The notes under the pieces are model-generated. The model did no database searches. It saw nothing but the letters and a program-made list of their open reading frames with translations, and was not told where the DNA came from. Shown piece by piece: positions 1 through 10,007 of a DNA stretch of 58,128 nt. This DNA is from Ignavibacteria bacterium (GTDB lineage: Bacteria; Bacteroidota; Ignavibacteria; Tepidaquicellales; OLB5): contig JBDTNV010000003.1 of NCBI GenBank assembly GCA_039933555.1, positions 1 to 58,128 of the forward strand. The letters are read 5' to 3'. Made by a program: the position numbers and the translations under genes. Positions within the stretch are counted from its first letter, which is position 1, and each line of letters opens with the position of its first letter.

Positions 1-2
1 AA

Positions 3-560
3 GTTGAAGCTGAAAAAGTGGTTATGAGCTTTTTTGATAAGTTTAACTGTACTATTGTAAGACCTCCGGCTGTATATGGTCCCAGGGATTACGCTATTTA
101 TGAGTATTTCAAATCCATGAACCGCGGCTTGCAGCCGATGATAGGTTTTGATAACAAGCTTGTTAGCTTAATACATGGAGTTGATCTTGTTAAGGGATTC
201 ATACTTGCGGGTGAAAATGAAATATCATCATCCAGCGTTTACTTTATATCATCAGAAAAATTTTATAACTGGCTGGATGTCGGCGAAATTACCAAAAAAC
301 TGCTGGGCAGGAAGACCGTTAAGCTAACGATTCCCCATTTCGCGGTTAAAACAACAGCGTTCTTTTCGCAGGTATTTGGTTTCTTTTCATCAAAGCCGGT
401 CGTGCTGAACATAGAAAAATCAAGAGAGCTTACTCAAAGGTACTGGATATGCTCAATAGAAAAAGCGAAACGCGAGCTGGGATTTAAAGAGACATTCACA
501 CTTGAAGAAGGCTTTAAGGATACGATTGACTGGTATAAGAAAGAAGGATGGCTGAAGTAG
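3..560 (+). CDS. NAD-dependent epimerase/dehydratase (extended SDR) family protein, C-terminal fragment; 5' end lies upstream of window
   Basis: Frame is open from base 3, with no stop before the listed ATG at 18. IVRPPAVYGPRD and the C-terminal EEGFKDTIDWYKKEGWL are typical of this family. TAG stop at 558-560. Confidence 0.7.
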   Translation, partial: VEAEKVVMSFFDKFNCTIVRPPAVYGPRDYAIYEYFKSMNRGLQPMIGFDNKLVSLIHGVDLVKGFILAGENEISSSSVYFISSEKFYNWLDVGEITKKLLGRKTVKLTIPHFAVKTTAFFSQVFGFFSSKPVVLNIEKSRELTQRYWICSIEKAKRELGFKETFTLEEGFKDTIDWYKKEGWLK

Positions 561-610
561 AAGTCAAATATCAAAAATCAAATACCAAATATTTTTCAAA
601 AGCAGTCTTG

Positions 611-1882
611 TTACCGGATAGTAAAAGAATACCATTCTGATGCAGGTATCTTTTTGTAAACGGTATCTTCTTTTAATTGGGAAGAAACGAATTCATCTAT
701 ATTCTTATAACCCGGATATTTTACTACACCCCAGTAATATTTTGTATTTGGAATAAATTGGTATCCCCATGTTTTGAAGTCTTTTAGAGTAAGCGGATAT
801 TTATCAGTAATAATATTTGTATGATGATAGTCAAAGTGTAAGTCAGGTGTAATCTTATATACGTAAATTCCACCCGGTTCAGTATCACTGAAAATAAATT
901 TAGTATTATCATTAACATTTGATACTTCGTTTATTGGCTGAAGTAAAGTTAGGCTCTTATTATGATTCAATGCAACATTTTCACCCGGATTTATATAGTC
1001 CCATATTACTGAGAATAACTGATAATTATCAACTGATGCATAATTTGTGAATTTGACAATGTAATTAACATTTGGCAATTCCGGTGTTATTACGTAACCA
1101 TATAGTTCACCAAAATAACTGGAGGGAAGTTCAATTGCAGAATTATTATCCATACCAGGAAAAATTAAAGATACACTTGAGTTCATCTCGTTAAATTCGG
1201 GTGATAATTGAATATTAAATTCAGAAAGTAATTCAGGAGGATTATATGATACATCATTTTCAGTGAAAGTTATTTCCTGATTTGAATAGCCGTTGTTTAA
1301 TGTTATATCTTTTATACCAAATTTTTTAAAAGAATGTACTGTATGATCAGAATACATTTTATATTGAAGAAAGATAAGTTTTCCGCTTATACTGCTTTTA
1401 TCATACGGAATATTCACCCACATACCAAAATATGGATCCATGTAAGATGCCTTATCATCGAATTGTGTATTCTTATCTATGCTAATAAATTTTATTACCG
1501 CTTCATCATATTCAGAAGTGATTTCCGGAAAAATTACCTTGACATAACAGAAATTCGAATTCCCATGATCTTCAAGTGTAGTTAACACAGGATTAGGAAT
1601 TGTTAGCCCAATATATTTATTAGTAGAAGAATATATATCTGAAACTGTGATATTGTACGGGAATTGATTATTTTCGAGACTGAATTTTCCGTAAACATCA
1701 GTTGCAACTATTGGATAATCGCCAACACTCACTTTCATATTAGCATAATTCATTCCAAACTGATCGTAAACTGCTCCATCAATCATCGACCCATTATATT
1801 TTACTGGGTCATCAATGCAGCCATGAAAAATGGCTGTTAACAGCAATAAAATGAGAATTTTGTAAGATTTGGTATGTTTCAT
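611..1882 (-). CDS. hypothetical lipoprotein with N-terminal carboxypeptidase-regulatory-like beta-sandwich
   Basis: 423-aa ORF. Signal plus lipobox-like LLLTAIFHGC. The segment GAVYDQFGMNYANMKVSVGDYPIVATDVYGKFSLEN resembles CarboxypepD_reg. Divergent from the TonB-dependent receptor at 1928. Confidence 0.6.
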   Translation of the reverse strand: MKHTKSYKILILLLLTAIFHGCIDDPVKYNGSMIDGAVYDQFGMNYANMKVSVGDYPIVATDVYGKFSLENNQFPYNITVSDIYSSTNKYIGLTIPNPVLTTLEDHGNSNFCYVKVIFPEITSEYDEAVIKFISIDKNTQFDDKASYMDPYFGMWVNIPYDKSSISGKLIFLQYKMYSDHTVHSFKKFGIKDITLNNGYSNQEITFTENDVSYNPPELLSEFNIQLSPEFNEMNSSVSLIFPGMDNNSAIELPSSYFGELYGYVITPELPNVNYIVKFTNYASVDNYQLFSVIWDYINPGENVALNHNKSLTLLQPINEVSNVNDNTKFIFSDTEPGGIYVYKITPDLHFDYHHTNIITDKYPLTLKDFKTWGYQFIPNTKYYWGVVKYPGYKNIDEFVSSQLKEDTVYKKIPASEWYSFTIR

Positions 1883-1927
1883 TTTGCAATAGAATTTATA
1901 CTATTTTCTTTATAAAATTACAGTATT

Positions 1928-4171
1928 ATGTTGATAAAATCTATCTTAATAACACTTACTATCATATTAATTCAATTGCATAACTATGGGCAGTTCCGGG
2001 TGCTTGGAACTGTAACAGACAGTACAGCGGATTCTCCAATAACAGGAGCTAAAGCCGAAATTCTCTCACATGGGCTTGTAACTACAACTGATGATAATGG
2101 CAATTTCGAAATGGAAATTAAAGGCAAAGGTACTTATGAAATTGCCGTAACAAAATTGGGATATAAGGACTGTACCCAAACTATCATTATTGACAGCACA
2201 TCTAATTTAATGAAACTTAATTTCAGGATGATTACTTCTGATCATGTTACCGATACAATAAAAGTACAGGCATTGTATTTCAGGAAGACAGATAAAATAA
2301 GCACCAGCTTTGTTAATGTTGAAAATGAGGAAATAAGAAGATCACCCGGCGCGATGGAAGATGTGATCAGGTATTTTACCGGTTCGCCCGGCGTATCATT
2401 GGGGAGTGATATCAATAATGAAATAATTGTAAGAGGCGGCTCACCTGTCGAAAACCTTACTTTGATTGACGGGCTTGTAATCCAGAATCCAAACCATTAC
2501 GGCGCGCCGGGCTCAACAAATGGTGTGTTAAGCTATATCAATCTTAAAATGGTCAGGGATGTAGATTTTTTCTCAGGCGGCTTTCCTCCTGAATATGGCG
2601 ATAAGCTTTCGGCGGTTATGGATATCAAGTTCAGGGATGGAAACAGAAATAAACATATCAGGGATATTAATATTTCAGCAACAGGCCTTGGCGGTTTTTT
2701 CGAAGGACCGATAACTAAAAAATCATCGTATATTTTTTCCGTGAGAAGAAGTTATTATGAGCTTATTAAAGACCTGCTCAATACCCAGCTTATTCCTGAA
2801 TACTGGGATTTCAATACAAAGCTTAGCTATCTTCTTTCTAAAACGGATAAATTAAGCATTACCGGTTTATATGCTACAGATAACGCCAAGCCTATAGAGG
2901 CAGGGGATTACATGAATGATACAGTAAACGTTAAAATTCTTTCGACGGGTATTAAATACAGCAAAGAAGGCAGTAATTTTAATTACACAATGGTCGCCGG
3001 GTACGGGTGGAATTTATACAAGGTCAATTACGAAGATTTTAAGCTTGATATTAATGATAATGAGCTTTCATTTTCCCAAAAGCTTGAGTACACTTTGGAC
3101 AATAATCTTTCATTCACCATTTTTACAGGAGCAAGAAATTTCTTTTCGAAATATAATGTATACCACGGCGCAGGGTATAATGCGTCAAATTATTTCACCC
3201 CGCCAGTTTTATTCGATGGTGATGTTAATACTCTAAAACTATCCGGCGGGTTTAATGTTATAGCCAAATTATTAAAAGATAAGTTAATTCTGAACGCAGG
3301 ATTAAGAATAGACGCTTTCCAGTATATCCACGATAAAATTGCAGTATCACCCAGGGCAGGTGTAACTTATAAGCTAACACCTTTAACAACCTTGAATGCA
3401 AATGCAGGCATATATTTTCAGGCACCTGAAATTCTTTGGGTAATTGTTGATCCAGAGAACAGGAATTTAAGCTTCATAAGAGTGAATGAAATTATTCTTG
3501 GAATAGAGCATTTGTTTTCTGCTGATGTAAAGCTTAGTATCGAGCCGTATCTTAAGCAGTATTATAATTATCCAGTCAGCGTGTATGACCCGAATTACAT
3601 TTTCATCAATAGCGGCGTAGAGATCTATCCGAATTTCCTGGATAAAGCATTAAGTGTTGGAGAAGGATATTATGCGGGGGTCGATGTGACGGTTCAGAAG
3701 AAAAACAGGGGGTATGGTCTTTTTGGTACAATTTCTTACTCATTTTCAAAATCAGAATTTCTTGCGTTAAAAGGGGATGTGCAGCCTGCCGAATTTGATT
3801 ATGGAAATCAGATCACTGCAATTGCAGGATACAAGTTTGGCTTTGGTTTAAGCTTTAGCGGTAAGTTTAAATTCGCAAAAGGGCGGCCATATACTCCGTT
3901 TGATTTTCAGGAATCATTGAACAGGAACAGGGGAATGTACGATAAAGAGCTATATAATAAGGGCAGAATGCCGGATTATTCCAGACTTGATGTAAGAGTT
4001 GACTACCAGGTAAATATTGGCAAGACCCAGCTTACTACGTATATTGAGGTTTTGAACGTTTTTAACAGGGAAAATTACTATAATTATTACTGGAGCTCAT
4101 ATTACAAGAGACTAAAATCCAATATGCAACTTCCAAGAATTCCAATAGTAGGTATAAGTTATCGGTTTTAG
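1928..4171 (+). CDS. TonB-dependent receptor with CarboxypepD_reg-like N-terminal domain
   Basis: Signal peptide. GTVTDSTADSPITGAKAEI..TTDDNGNFEME (CarboxypepD_reg). Plug-like IRRSPGAMEDVIRYFTGSPGV..IIVRGGSPVENLTLIDG. Long beta-rich C-terminal part ending in aromatic GISYRF. Confidence 0.8.
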   Translation: MLIKSILITLTIILIQLHNYGQFRVLGTVTDSTADSPITGAKAEILSHGLVTTTDDNGNFEMEIKGKGTYEIAVTKLGYKDCTQTIIIDSTSNLMKLNFRMITSDHVTDTIKVQALYFRKTDKISTSFVNVENEEIRRSPGAMEDVIRYFTGSPGVSLGSDINNEIIVRGGSPVENLTLIDGLVIQNPNHYGAPGSTNGVLSYINLKMVRDVDFFSGGFPPEYGDKLSAVMDIKFRDGNRNKHIRDINISATGLGGFFEGPITKKSSYIFSVRRSYYELIKDLLNTQLIPEYWDFNTKLSYLLSKTDKLSITGLYATDNAKPIEAGDYMNDTVNVKILSTGIKYSKEGSNFNYTMVAGYGWNLYKVNYEDFKLDINDNELSFSQKLEYTLDNNLSFTIFTGARNFFSKYNVYHGAGYNASNYFTPPVLFDGDVNTLKLSGGFNVIAKLLKDKLILNAGLRIDAFQYIHDKIAVSPRAGVTYKLTPLTTLNANAGIYFQAPEILWVIVDPENRNLSFIRVNEIILGIEHLFSADVKLSIEPYLKQYYNYPVSVYDPNYIFINSGVEIYPNFLDKALSVGEGYYAGVDVTVQKKNRGYGLFGTISYSFSKSEFLALKGDVQPAEFDYGNQITAIAGYKFGFGLSFSGKFKFAKGRPYTPFDFQESLNRNRGMYDKELYNKGRMPDYSRLDVRVDYQVNIGKTQLTTYIEVLNVFNRENYYNYYWSSYYKRLKSNMQLPRIPIVGISYRF

Positions 4172-4324
4172 TTGATAAATTATTGTAATTATTCTATTTA
4201 TAAGCAATATATCCAAAATATATTAGTTAACGACATGTATTCTTTCATTGACTAAAGAGCAAATTTTCGCTATTTTTGTGGTTTGTAACAATTCCGCTAA
4301 ACAATTTAATATAAAGGTTATACA

Positions 4325-4972
4325 ATGGCTACTGTGAATTTATCAGCTCAGAAAAGAGATGATCTGGGCAACTCAACTACCAAGACTGCAAGGAAAAAAG
4401 GGAATATTCCCGGTGTATTTTATTTTAGGGATTCACCTGCAATTGCTATCAGCGTAAAAGATACGGCGTTAAACCCGTTTGTTTATACTTCAGAAGTAAG
4501 AATAATAAATTTACAGATCGAAGGTTCAGATAAAGCTCAGAACTGCATTTTGAAAGACGTTCAGTTTGATGCTGTAAGCGATAAACCGATACATTTTGAT
4601 CTTCTCGGTATTTCAGAGAATGAGACCATTAAGGTTATCGTTCCTATAAAGCTTGTTGGCGCGCCTATTGGCGTGAGAGATGGCGGAGTTGTTCAGCATA
4701 CATTGCATTCACTCGAAGTTGAGTGTCTGCCTGCAAACATTCCTTCGCATATTGATGTTGAAATAGCCGGGCTTTCTATCGGTGACTCAATTCATGTTGG
4801 TGATCTTAAGATAGAGAACGTTGAAATTCACGGCGCAGCAGGAGCAACAATAGTAGCTGTAGTACCGCCGGCAGTTGAGAAGGTTGAAACACCCGAAGGT
4901 GAAGCAGCAGCAGCGGCAGAGCCTGAAGTTATCGCAAAAGGCAAGAAAGACGAAGAAGAAGACGTAAAATAA
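4325..4972 (+). CDS. ctc: 50S ribosomal protein L25 / general stress protein Ctc (long form)
   Basis: N-terminus ..AQKRDDLGNSTTKTARKKGNIPGVFY.. and two-domain length (215 aa) with an acidic/Ala-rich tail. Followed by pth, the conserved ctc-pth gene pair. Confidence 0.85.
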   Translation: MATVNLSAQKRDDLGNSTTKTARKKGNIPGVFYFRDSPAIAISVKDTALNPFVYTSEVRIINLQIEGSDKAQNCILKDVQFDAVSDKPIHFDLLGISENETIKVIVPIKLVGAPIGVRDGGVVQHTLHSLEVECLPANIPSHIDVEIAGLSIGDSIHVGDLKIENVEIHGAAGATIVAVVPPAVEKVETPEGEAAAAAEPEVIAKGKKDEEEDVK

Positions 4973-5017
4973 CAATTATCAATTATCAATTAGTAATGAT
5001 CAATTGTATTAAAATGG

Positions 5018-5068
5018 ATCCTTCCTGCCTGAACTGCCGTTACGGCAGGCAGGCGCTTCGCTCAGGAT
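5018..5068. repeat. GC-rich nested palindromic element (REP-like)
   Basis: cctgcc-tgaa-CTGCCG-tta-CGGCAG-gcagg. Perfect 6-bp inner stem 5034-5039/5043-5048, outer cctgc/gcagg. No T-run follows. The 11-mer cggcaggcagg (5043-5053) recurs at 29620-29630. Confidence 0.55.
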
Positions 5069-5075
5069 TAATAAA

Positions 5076-5693
5076 TTGTATTTAATAGTTGGATTAGGGA
5101 ACCCGGGTGCCAGGTATCATAACACCAGACATAATGCCGGGTTTTTGGTTATAGATAAGCTTGCGGAGTTCTTTAAAATAGAATCATTTGAATTTGAAGA
5201 AAACTACCTTTATGCAGTAGCCGATCACAAAAGCGGAGAGGTTGAAGAGCAGGTAGTTTTAATGAAACCCCTTACATATATGAACCTGAGCGGCAAAGCA
5301 GTCAGGGAGTTCTACGAAAAATACGAGTTAACAATTGAGAATATCCTTATAGTTTATGATGATGTGAACCTGGATCTTGGCGTCTTAAGGCTAAGGCCAA
5401 ATGGCTCGGATGGCGGACAGAACGGTATCAAATCTGTTATGTATGAAATGGAAACTGATGAAATACCAAGGCTGAGATTTGGAATAAGACGGGGCGAAGA
5501 ATTCGAGAAGTTGAGAGCCGAAGAAGGATTTTCCCTTGCTGATTATGTTCTTTCGGGATTTGAGGAGGAAGAGTTGGATGCTCTTGAGAAAACACTTGAT
5601 GCTTCTAAAGATGCGGTTCTAAGCTTCATTAACACAGGCATTAAAGATACAATGAACCTTTTCAACCGGAATTTTCTCGAAGGCCAGCAGTAG
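5076..5693 (+). CDS. pth: peptidyl-tRNA hydrolase
   Basis: (TTG)YLIVGLGNPGARYHNTRHNAGF.. is the canonical Pth N-terminus. The TTG start is forced because the conserved N-terminus begins there. TAG stop. Confidence 0.9.
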   Translation: MYLIVGLGNPGARYHNTRHNAGFLVIDKLAEFFKIESFEFEENYLYAVADHKSGEVEEQVVLMKPLTYMNLSGKAVREFYEKYELTIENILIVYDDVNLDLGVLRLRPNGSDGGQNGIKSVMYEMETDEIPRLRFGIRRGEEFEKLRAEEGFSLADYVLSGFEEEELDALEKTLDASKDAVLSFINTGIKDTMNLFNRNFLEGQQ

Positions 5694-5741
5694 ATTTATA
5701 TAGAAATATGAAAATGAAAATATTACAAACTAAATAACTAT

Positions 5742-8135
5742 ATGAAGAAAAACATAATACTAAGTACTTTGTTATTTCTCTTAAGCTCGGTCACAGCTTT
5801 TGCCAGCGAAGCCGATCTTAAAATCCCGGAATTAAGTGCCAGCCAGAACAATATGCTCATGATGGGTATTGGTGTGTGCGCACTCGGTCTTTTATTCGGT
5901 ATAATCCAGTTTTTTAAAGTAAAAAAACTAAAGGCGCATCAGTCAATGCTTGATGTTGCCCAGATAATTTACGAAACCTGTAAAACCTATCTTAACCAGC
6001 AGGGAAAATTTATCGCAATCCTTTTTGTATTTATTGCAACATGCATAGGTTTTTATTTCGGTTTTCTTCAGCATGCAGGCGCAGGCGGTGTAGCGCTTAT
6101 TTTAATGTGGACAGTTGTTGGTATATTAGGTTCATTTGGTGTTGCTAAGTTTGGTATAAGGATGAACACTCTTGCAAATAGCCGTATGGCTTTTGCTTCA
6201 CTTGAGAAAAAACCTATAAAACTTCTCACCATTCCGCTTGATGCAGGTATGAGTATCGGTGTTATGCTTATTTGCGTTGAGCTTATCATGATGTTAATTA
6301 TTCTGCTCTTCGTTCCCCGTGAATATGCAGGAGCAAGCTTTATCGGTTTTGCTATCGGTGAGTCACTCGGTGCATCAGCGCTCAGAATAGCAGGCGGTAT
6401 CTTTACAAAGATCGCAGATATTGGCAGTGACCTTATGAAAATTGTATTCAAAATTAAAGAAGATGACCCGCGTAACCCCGGTGTTATTGCCGATTGTACC
6501 GGTGATAATGCAGGTGATTCCGTCGGACCCACAGCTGACGGTTTTGAAACATACGGCGTAACAGGTGTTGCTCTTATCAGCTTTATAGTTCTTGCAGTTC
6601 CAAACGTAATGTACCAGACAGAACTCCTTGCATGGATTTTTGTAATGAGAATACTTATGATCATTACATCAATAGTGTCGTTCTACATAAACGGTATCTG
6701 GGCAAAAGCCAAATACGGCAAAGACGAAGATATTGATTTTGAAAAACCTTTAACATCACTTGTATGGATTACTTCAATTATTTCAATGATAGTTACATTT
6801 GCCATAAGCAAAATACTTATCGGTCATTTGCCTGATAATTTATGGCTGACGCTTTCAATTATTATCAGCTGCGGAACCCTGGGGGCCGCTCTGATACCGG
6901 AGTTCACTAAAATTTTTACAAGTCCAAAAAGCAAGCATGTAAATGAAGTAGTAACTGCATCAAGAGAAGGCGGAGCTTCGCTGACTATTCTCTCCGGACT
7001 TGTTGCAGGTAACTTCTCAGCATTCTGGATTGGGATGGTATTTTTCTTCCTTATGTCAATTGCTTACTTCGCATCACTTTCAATACCGGGCTCTATGATT
7101 CCGGCTTATGCATCTATCTTTGCATTCGGTCTTGTAGCATTTGGAATGCTTGGTATGGGTCCCGTTACTATAGCAGTTGATAGTTATGGACCTGTAACAG
7201 ATAATGCGCAGTCAATATATGAACTTTCACTTATTGAATCACGCGAAGGTATTTCAGCAGAAATAGAAAGAGATTTTGGATTTAAACCTGATTTTGAAAA
7301 GGCAAAACATTACCTCGAAGCAAATGACGGGGCGGGTAATACATTTAAGGCCACAGCAAAACCTGTTCTTATAGGAACAGCGGTAGTTGGTGCAACAACA
7401 ATGATATTTTCACTTATACTTGTGATAAAAAATACGCTTGGCATTCAACCTGAAGCAATACTCAGCATACTTAACCCGTACTCTATATTAGGGTTTATAT
7501 GCGGCGGAGCGGTTATATACTGGTTCACAGGGGCATCAACTCAGGCGGTAACAACCGGCGCTTACAGGGCTGTTGAGTATATCAAGAAGAATATAAATCT
7601 TGATGAAGATGCAAGCATGAGTGCTTCAACAGAAAAATCAAAAGAAGTTGTGAAGATATGCACACAATATGCGCAGACAGGTATGTTTAACATATTTATC
7701 GCGATATTTTCATTTGCACTTGCCTTCGCGTTCTTTTCGGCTCCCGGCAAGACGAATGAGCCCGTTGCATTCTTTATCAGCTTCTTAATTTCAATTGCAG
7801 TATTCGGTTTATTCCAGGCTATGTTCATGGCAAATGCCGGCGGCGCATGGGATAATGCTAAGAAAGTAGTTGAAGTTGACCTGAAGGAAAAGAATACTCC
7901 GCTTCATGATGCTACTATCATTGGTGATACCGTAGGAGATCCGTTCAAAGATACATCATCAGTTGCGCTTAACCCTATTATCAAGTTTACTACGCTCTTT
8001 GGTTTACTTGCGATGGAAATGGCGATTTCTGAATCATTCAGAGGAATTGCGCCATATGTTGGCGGAGTATTCTTCGTAATTGCATTATATTTTGTGTGGC
8101 GTTCATTCTATAAAATGAGAATTGTAAAAGCATAA
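5742..8135 (+). CDS. hppA: membrane-bound proton-translocating pyrophosphatase, apparently K+-independent type
   Basis: 797 aa, polytopic. Motifs: CTGDNAGDSVGPTADGFETY, GNTFKATAKP (Lys where K+-dependent enzymes have Ala), GGAWDNAKK, GDTVGDPFKDTSS.ALNPIIKF. Confidence 0.9.
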   Translation: MKKNIILSTLLFLLSSVTAFASEADLKIPELSASQNNMLMMGIGVCALGLLFGIIQFFKVKKLKAHQSMLDVAQIIYETCKTYLNQQGKFIAILFVFIATCIGFYFGFLQHAGAGGVALILMWTVVGILGSFGVAKFGIRMNTLANSRMAFASLEKKPIKLLTIPLDAGMSIGVMLICVELIMMLIILLFVPREYAGASFIGFAIGESLGASALRIAGGIFTKIADIGSDLMKIVFKIKEDDPRNPGVIADCTGDNAGDSVGPTADGFETYGVTGVALISFIVLAVPNVMYQTELLAWIFVMRILMIITSIVSFYINGIWAKAKYGKDEDIDFEKPLTSLVWITSIISMIVTFAISKILIGHLPDNLWLTLSIIISCGTLGAALIPEFTKIFTSPKSKHVNEVVTASREGGASLTILSGLVAGNFSAFWIGMVFFFLMSIAYFASLSIPGSMIPAYASIFAFGLVAFGMLGMGPVTIAVDSYGPVTDNAQSIYELSLIESREGISAEIERDFGFKPDFEKAKHYLEANDGAGNTFKATAKPVLIGTAVVGATTMIFSLILVIKNTLGIQPEAILSILNPYSILGFICGGAVIYWFTGASTQAVTTGAYRAVEYIKKNINLDEDASMSASTEKSKEVVKICTQYAQTGMFNIFIAIFSFALAFAFFSAPGKTNEPVAFFISFLISIAVFGLFQAMFMANAGGAWDNAKKVVEVDLKEKNTPLHDATIIGDTVGDPFKDTSSVALNPIIKFTTLFGLLAMEMAISESFRGIAPYVGGVFFVIALYFVWRSFYKMRIVKA

Positions 8136-8174
8136 CATTTCTATTATTAGAAACTTTTTAATTTATTTTTCCCC

Positions 8175-8202
8175 AAGGGCATCCACTGGATGCCCTTTTT
8201 TG
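8175..8202 (+). terminator. rho-independent terminator after hppA
   Basis: aagggcatc-cactg-gatgccctt followed by a T-run. Confidence 0.75.
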
Positions 8203-8249
8203 TTTATACTGTTTTCTATAATTTATGTACAGTAAATAAATTAATAGTC

Positions 8250-8786
8250 ATGAAAACAGTAAAATTTACAGTCTTCATTGTATTTTTTGTGGCTTTATGT
8301 GTAAATGCATATTCACAAAGATGCGGTGACGGAATCTTATTCAGTTTCAAAAAAAGCGGACAGAGATTTCTTGATAGTGCTGATCTAAAAATAAGCCTGA
8401 AAACCTTTGACAGGCGTTTTAAATATTATAATGACCCGGGGCATACTGAAATGCTTTTAGATACCATTAGTGATACAGCAGCGTATGTAACTTATGTTAA
8501 CGAAATAAATGGTTATTTTTCAGCGAAAGACAGTAATAAAATTTATACTCCCACTTTATGCGGTTTTTTCAGGATGGAATTTACTTTTACAGATCTTATA
8601 ACCGGTGAAACCATGAAATTAATTATTCACAAAATACCACATGATACACCAATAAATTTGAATGATATTGTATTTAAAAAAGGAGAGTATGAGTTCAATT
8701 TTAACTGGGTTGTTGATGCAATAATATTCAAAGAAAATAAAAAAGGAGTATACAGCTTTGATTTTTCAAACTTTAGATCACTTTAG
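8250..8786 (+). CDS. hypothetical secreted protein
   Basis: I prefer the ATG at 8250 (MKTVKFTVFIVFFVALCVNAYSQ, a clear signal peptide). The track start at 8190 lies inside the hppA terminator hairpin. Confidence 0.55.
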   Translation: MKTVKFTVFIVFFVALCVNAYSQRCGDGILFSFKKSGQRFLDSADLKISLKTFDRRFKYYNDPGHTEMLLDTISDTAAYVTYVNEINGYFSAKDSNKIYTPTLCGFFRMEFTFTDLITGETMKLIIHKIPHDTPINLNDIVFKKGEYEFNFNWVVDAIIFKENKKGVYSFDFSNFRSL

Positions 8787-8799
8787 GAAGTAATCTTGT

Positions 8800-9741
8800 T
8801 CATTTTTTAGCTCTGTTCTTTTTTTCTGCTTCAGTGACTTTCCGCTCAATCCATTTGGAATCAATAACAAAACCCGGCAGTTTAAGCATACCGCGGATTT
8901 CATTTGCAACAAAAGGATCAAATCGGGTTTTTAACCTTATCAGTTTTTTTGCAATAGTGATAAAGTTTGAATAATATTTCTTTCTTTCCTTCGAAATAAA
9001 CTTATCACTAGTCAGCAGATGCCTGTATGAATCCATGACACCCTCCATTTTATCGAACATATCAAGCTCATAATAACAGGCAATAATGAGAGTTTTCTGC
9101 TTAAACTTATTGTAAACATCATTGTAACCTGCACTGTTAAGAAGCCTTAGTGCGTCATTGAAATTGTCTAAAGAAAACTCATAGATCGCATTAGCATAAG
9201 TATATGTGCTTTCCCTTGTGGAAACATCAAGTTCATTCTTATAGTCATCTATGAATGAAGCGGTCCATTTTCGTTTACCAAGACTGATGGCAGTTTCGAT
9301 GATACTAATGTACAGTCGGTTAGAAAGGCAATACTCGGCCTTATATGTTTTGTTTTCAAGCTCGAAGAGGTAAATATCAAAGAGTTGTGTCTCGTATTCA
9401 CTTTTTCCCTCACGTATCATTCTTTTGCAGTAATTTTCCATATTAATAATAACTTCAACCGAATCATTCAGAGTTAATTCCCTGAAATTATTCCTCAGAG
9501 CATTTCTCAATATCTCAAAATTATCAGGATTACCTTCATCTGTAAGAAGCTTAATTGCAAGATAAAATATAGGAATTACCGGAGTAGATGAAAATTTTTT
9601 TATATCCAGACTCTGCATGAACTCTTCATATTCCCGGATCTCAATTGTAGTCTCATATAGGATCTTAACGTTAAGCAGATACATGTATGATTTCAGCATT
9701 ACAGTTATCTGAAACAGAGTAGCATTGACTGCAAAATCCAT
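8800..9741 (-). CDS. hypothetical helical-repeat (TPR-like) protein; possibly the C-terminal part of a gene split from 9705..10007
   Basis: 313-aa ORF. Overlaps the upstream ORF by 37 nt in a different frame. This frame stays open for 19 codons upstream of the listed ATG (to ~9798). Confidence 0.55.
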   Translation of the reverse strand: MDFAVNATLFQITVMLKSYMYLLNVKILYETTIEIREYEEFMQSLDIKKFSSTPVIPIFYLAIKLLTDEGNPDNFEILRNALRNNFRELTLNDSVEVIINMENYCKRMIREGKSEYETQLFDIYLFELENKTYKAEYCLSNRLYISIIETAISLGKRKWTASFIDDYKNELDVSTRESTYTYANAIYEFSLDNFNDALRLLNSAGYNDVYNKFKQKTLIIACYYELDMFDKMEGVMDSYRHLLTSDKFISKERKKYYSNFITIAKKLIRLKTRFDPFVANEIRGMLKLPGFVIDSKWIERKVTEAEKKNRAKK

Positions 9742-10007
9742 AATACCTTTATTACATACAATTTTTTCATTCCTGTCAAAATTAACAGCCCGTCATTATA
9801 AGAAGCACCGTTGAAAGCAGCCTGCCAGACAGTTTTCTTGGAAATATATTCATCTCTAAATACCGGGTAATGTTTTCTCAAATATGTGTATAACTTAAGG
9901 ACGCCTTTATTTTTATTGAAAAAAGGGGAGTGAATATAATCCGAGAATTCTTTAATTTCAACAGAGGTAAATGTTGATAATATCTGCAACAGATTACTCT
10001 TCTTCAA
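9705..10007 (-). CDS. hypothetical protein; possibly the N-terminal part of the same split gene
   Basis: 100-aa ORF with TTG start. The last ~30 residues (LLILTGMKKLYVIKVLWILQSMLLCFR) look like out-of-frame read-through. Confidence 0.4.
   Translation of the reverse strand: MKKSNLLQILSTFTSVEIKEFSDYIHSPFFNKNKGVLKLYTYLRKHYPVFRDEYISKKTVWQAAFNGASYNDGLLILTGMKKLYVIKVLWILQSMLLCFR

Noticed and set aside
6068-6664. 198-aa antisense ORF inside hppA. Similar shadow ORFs: 1334..1585, 3045..3236, 4787..4975, 7562..7828, 10722..11126, 11373..11609, 11694..12179, 12238..12498, 12434..12652, 13504..13752, 13756..13986, 14120..14365, 14474..14851, 15233..15484, 15503..15688, 15883..16125, 16846..17028, 17931..18137, 20621..21185, 22523..23090, 25396..26588, 27224..27634, 28432..29299, 30725..32500, 32553..32774, 33750..34605, 35399..37039, 38195..38853, 39597..40413, 40870..41110, 42058..42282, 44658..45408, 45827..46464, 46979..47161, 48037..48606, 48795..49013, 49537..50121, 51244..51737, 54204..54386, 54686..55022, 55427..55666, 56408..56842
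   Set aside because: All lie within or opposite longer ORFs that have recognisable family motifs. Compositions are typical of out-of-frame or antisense translation of AT-rich coding DNA.
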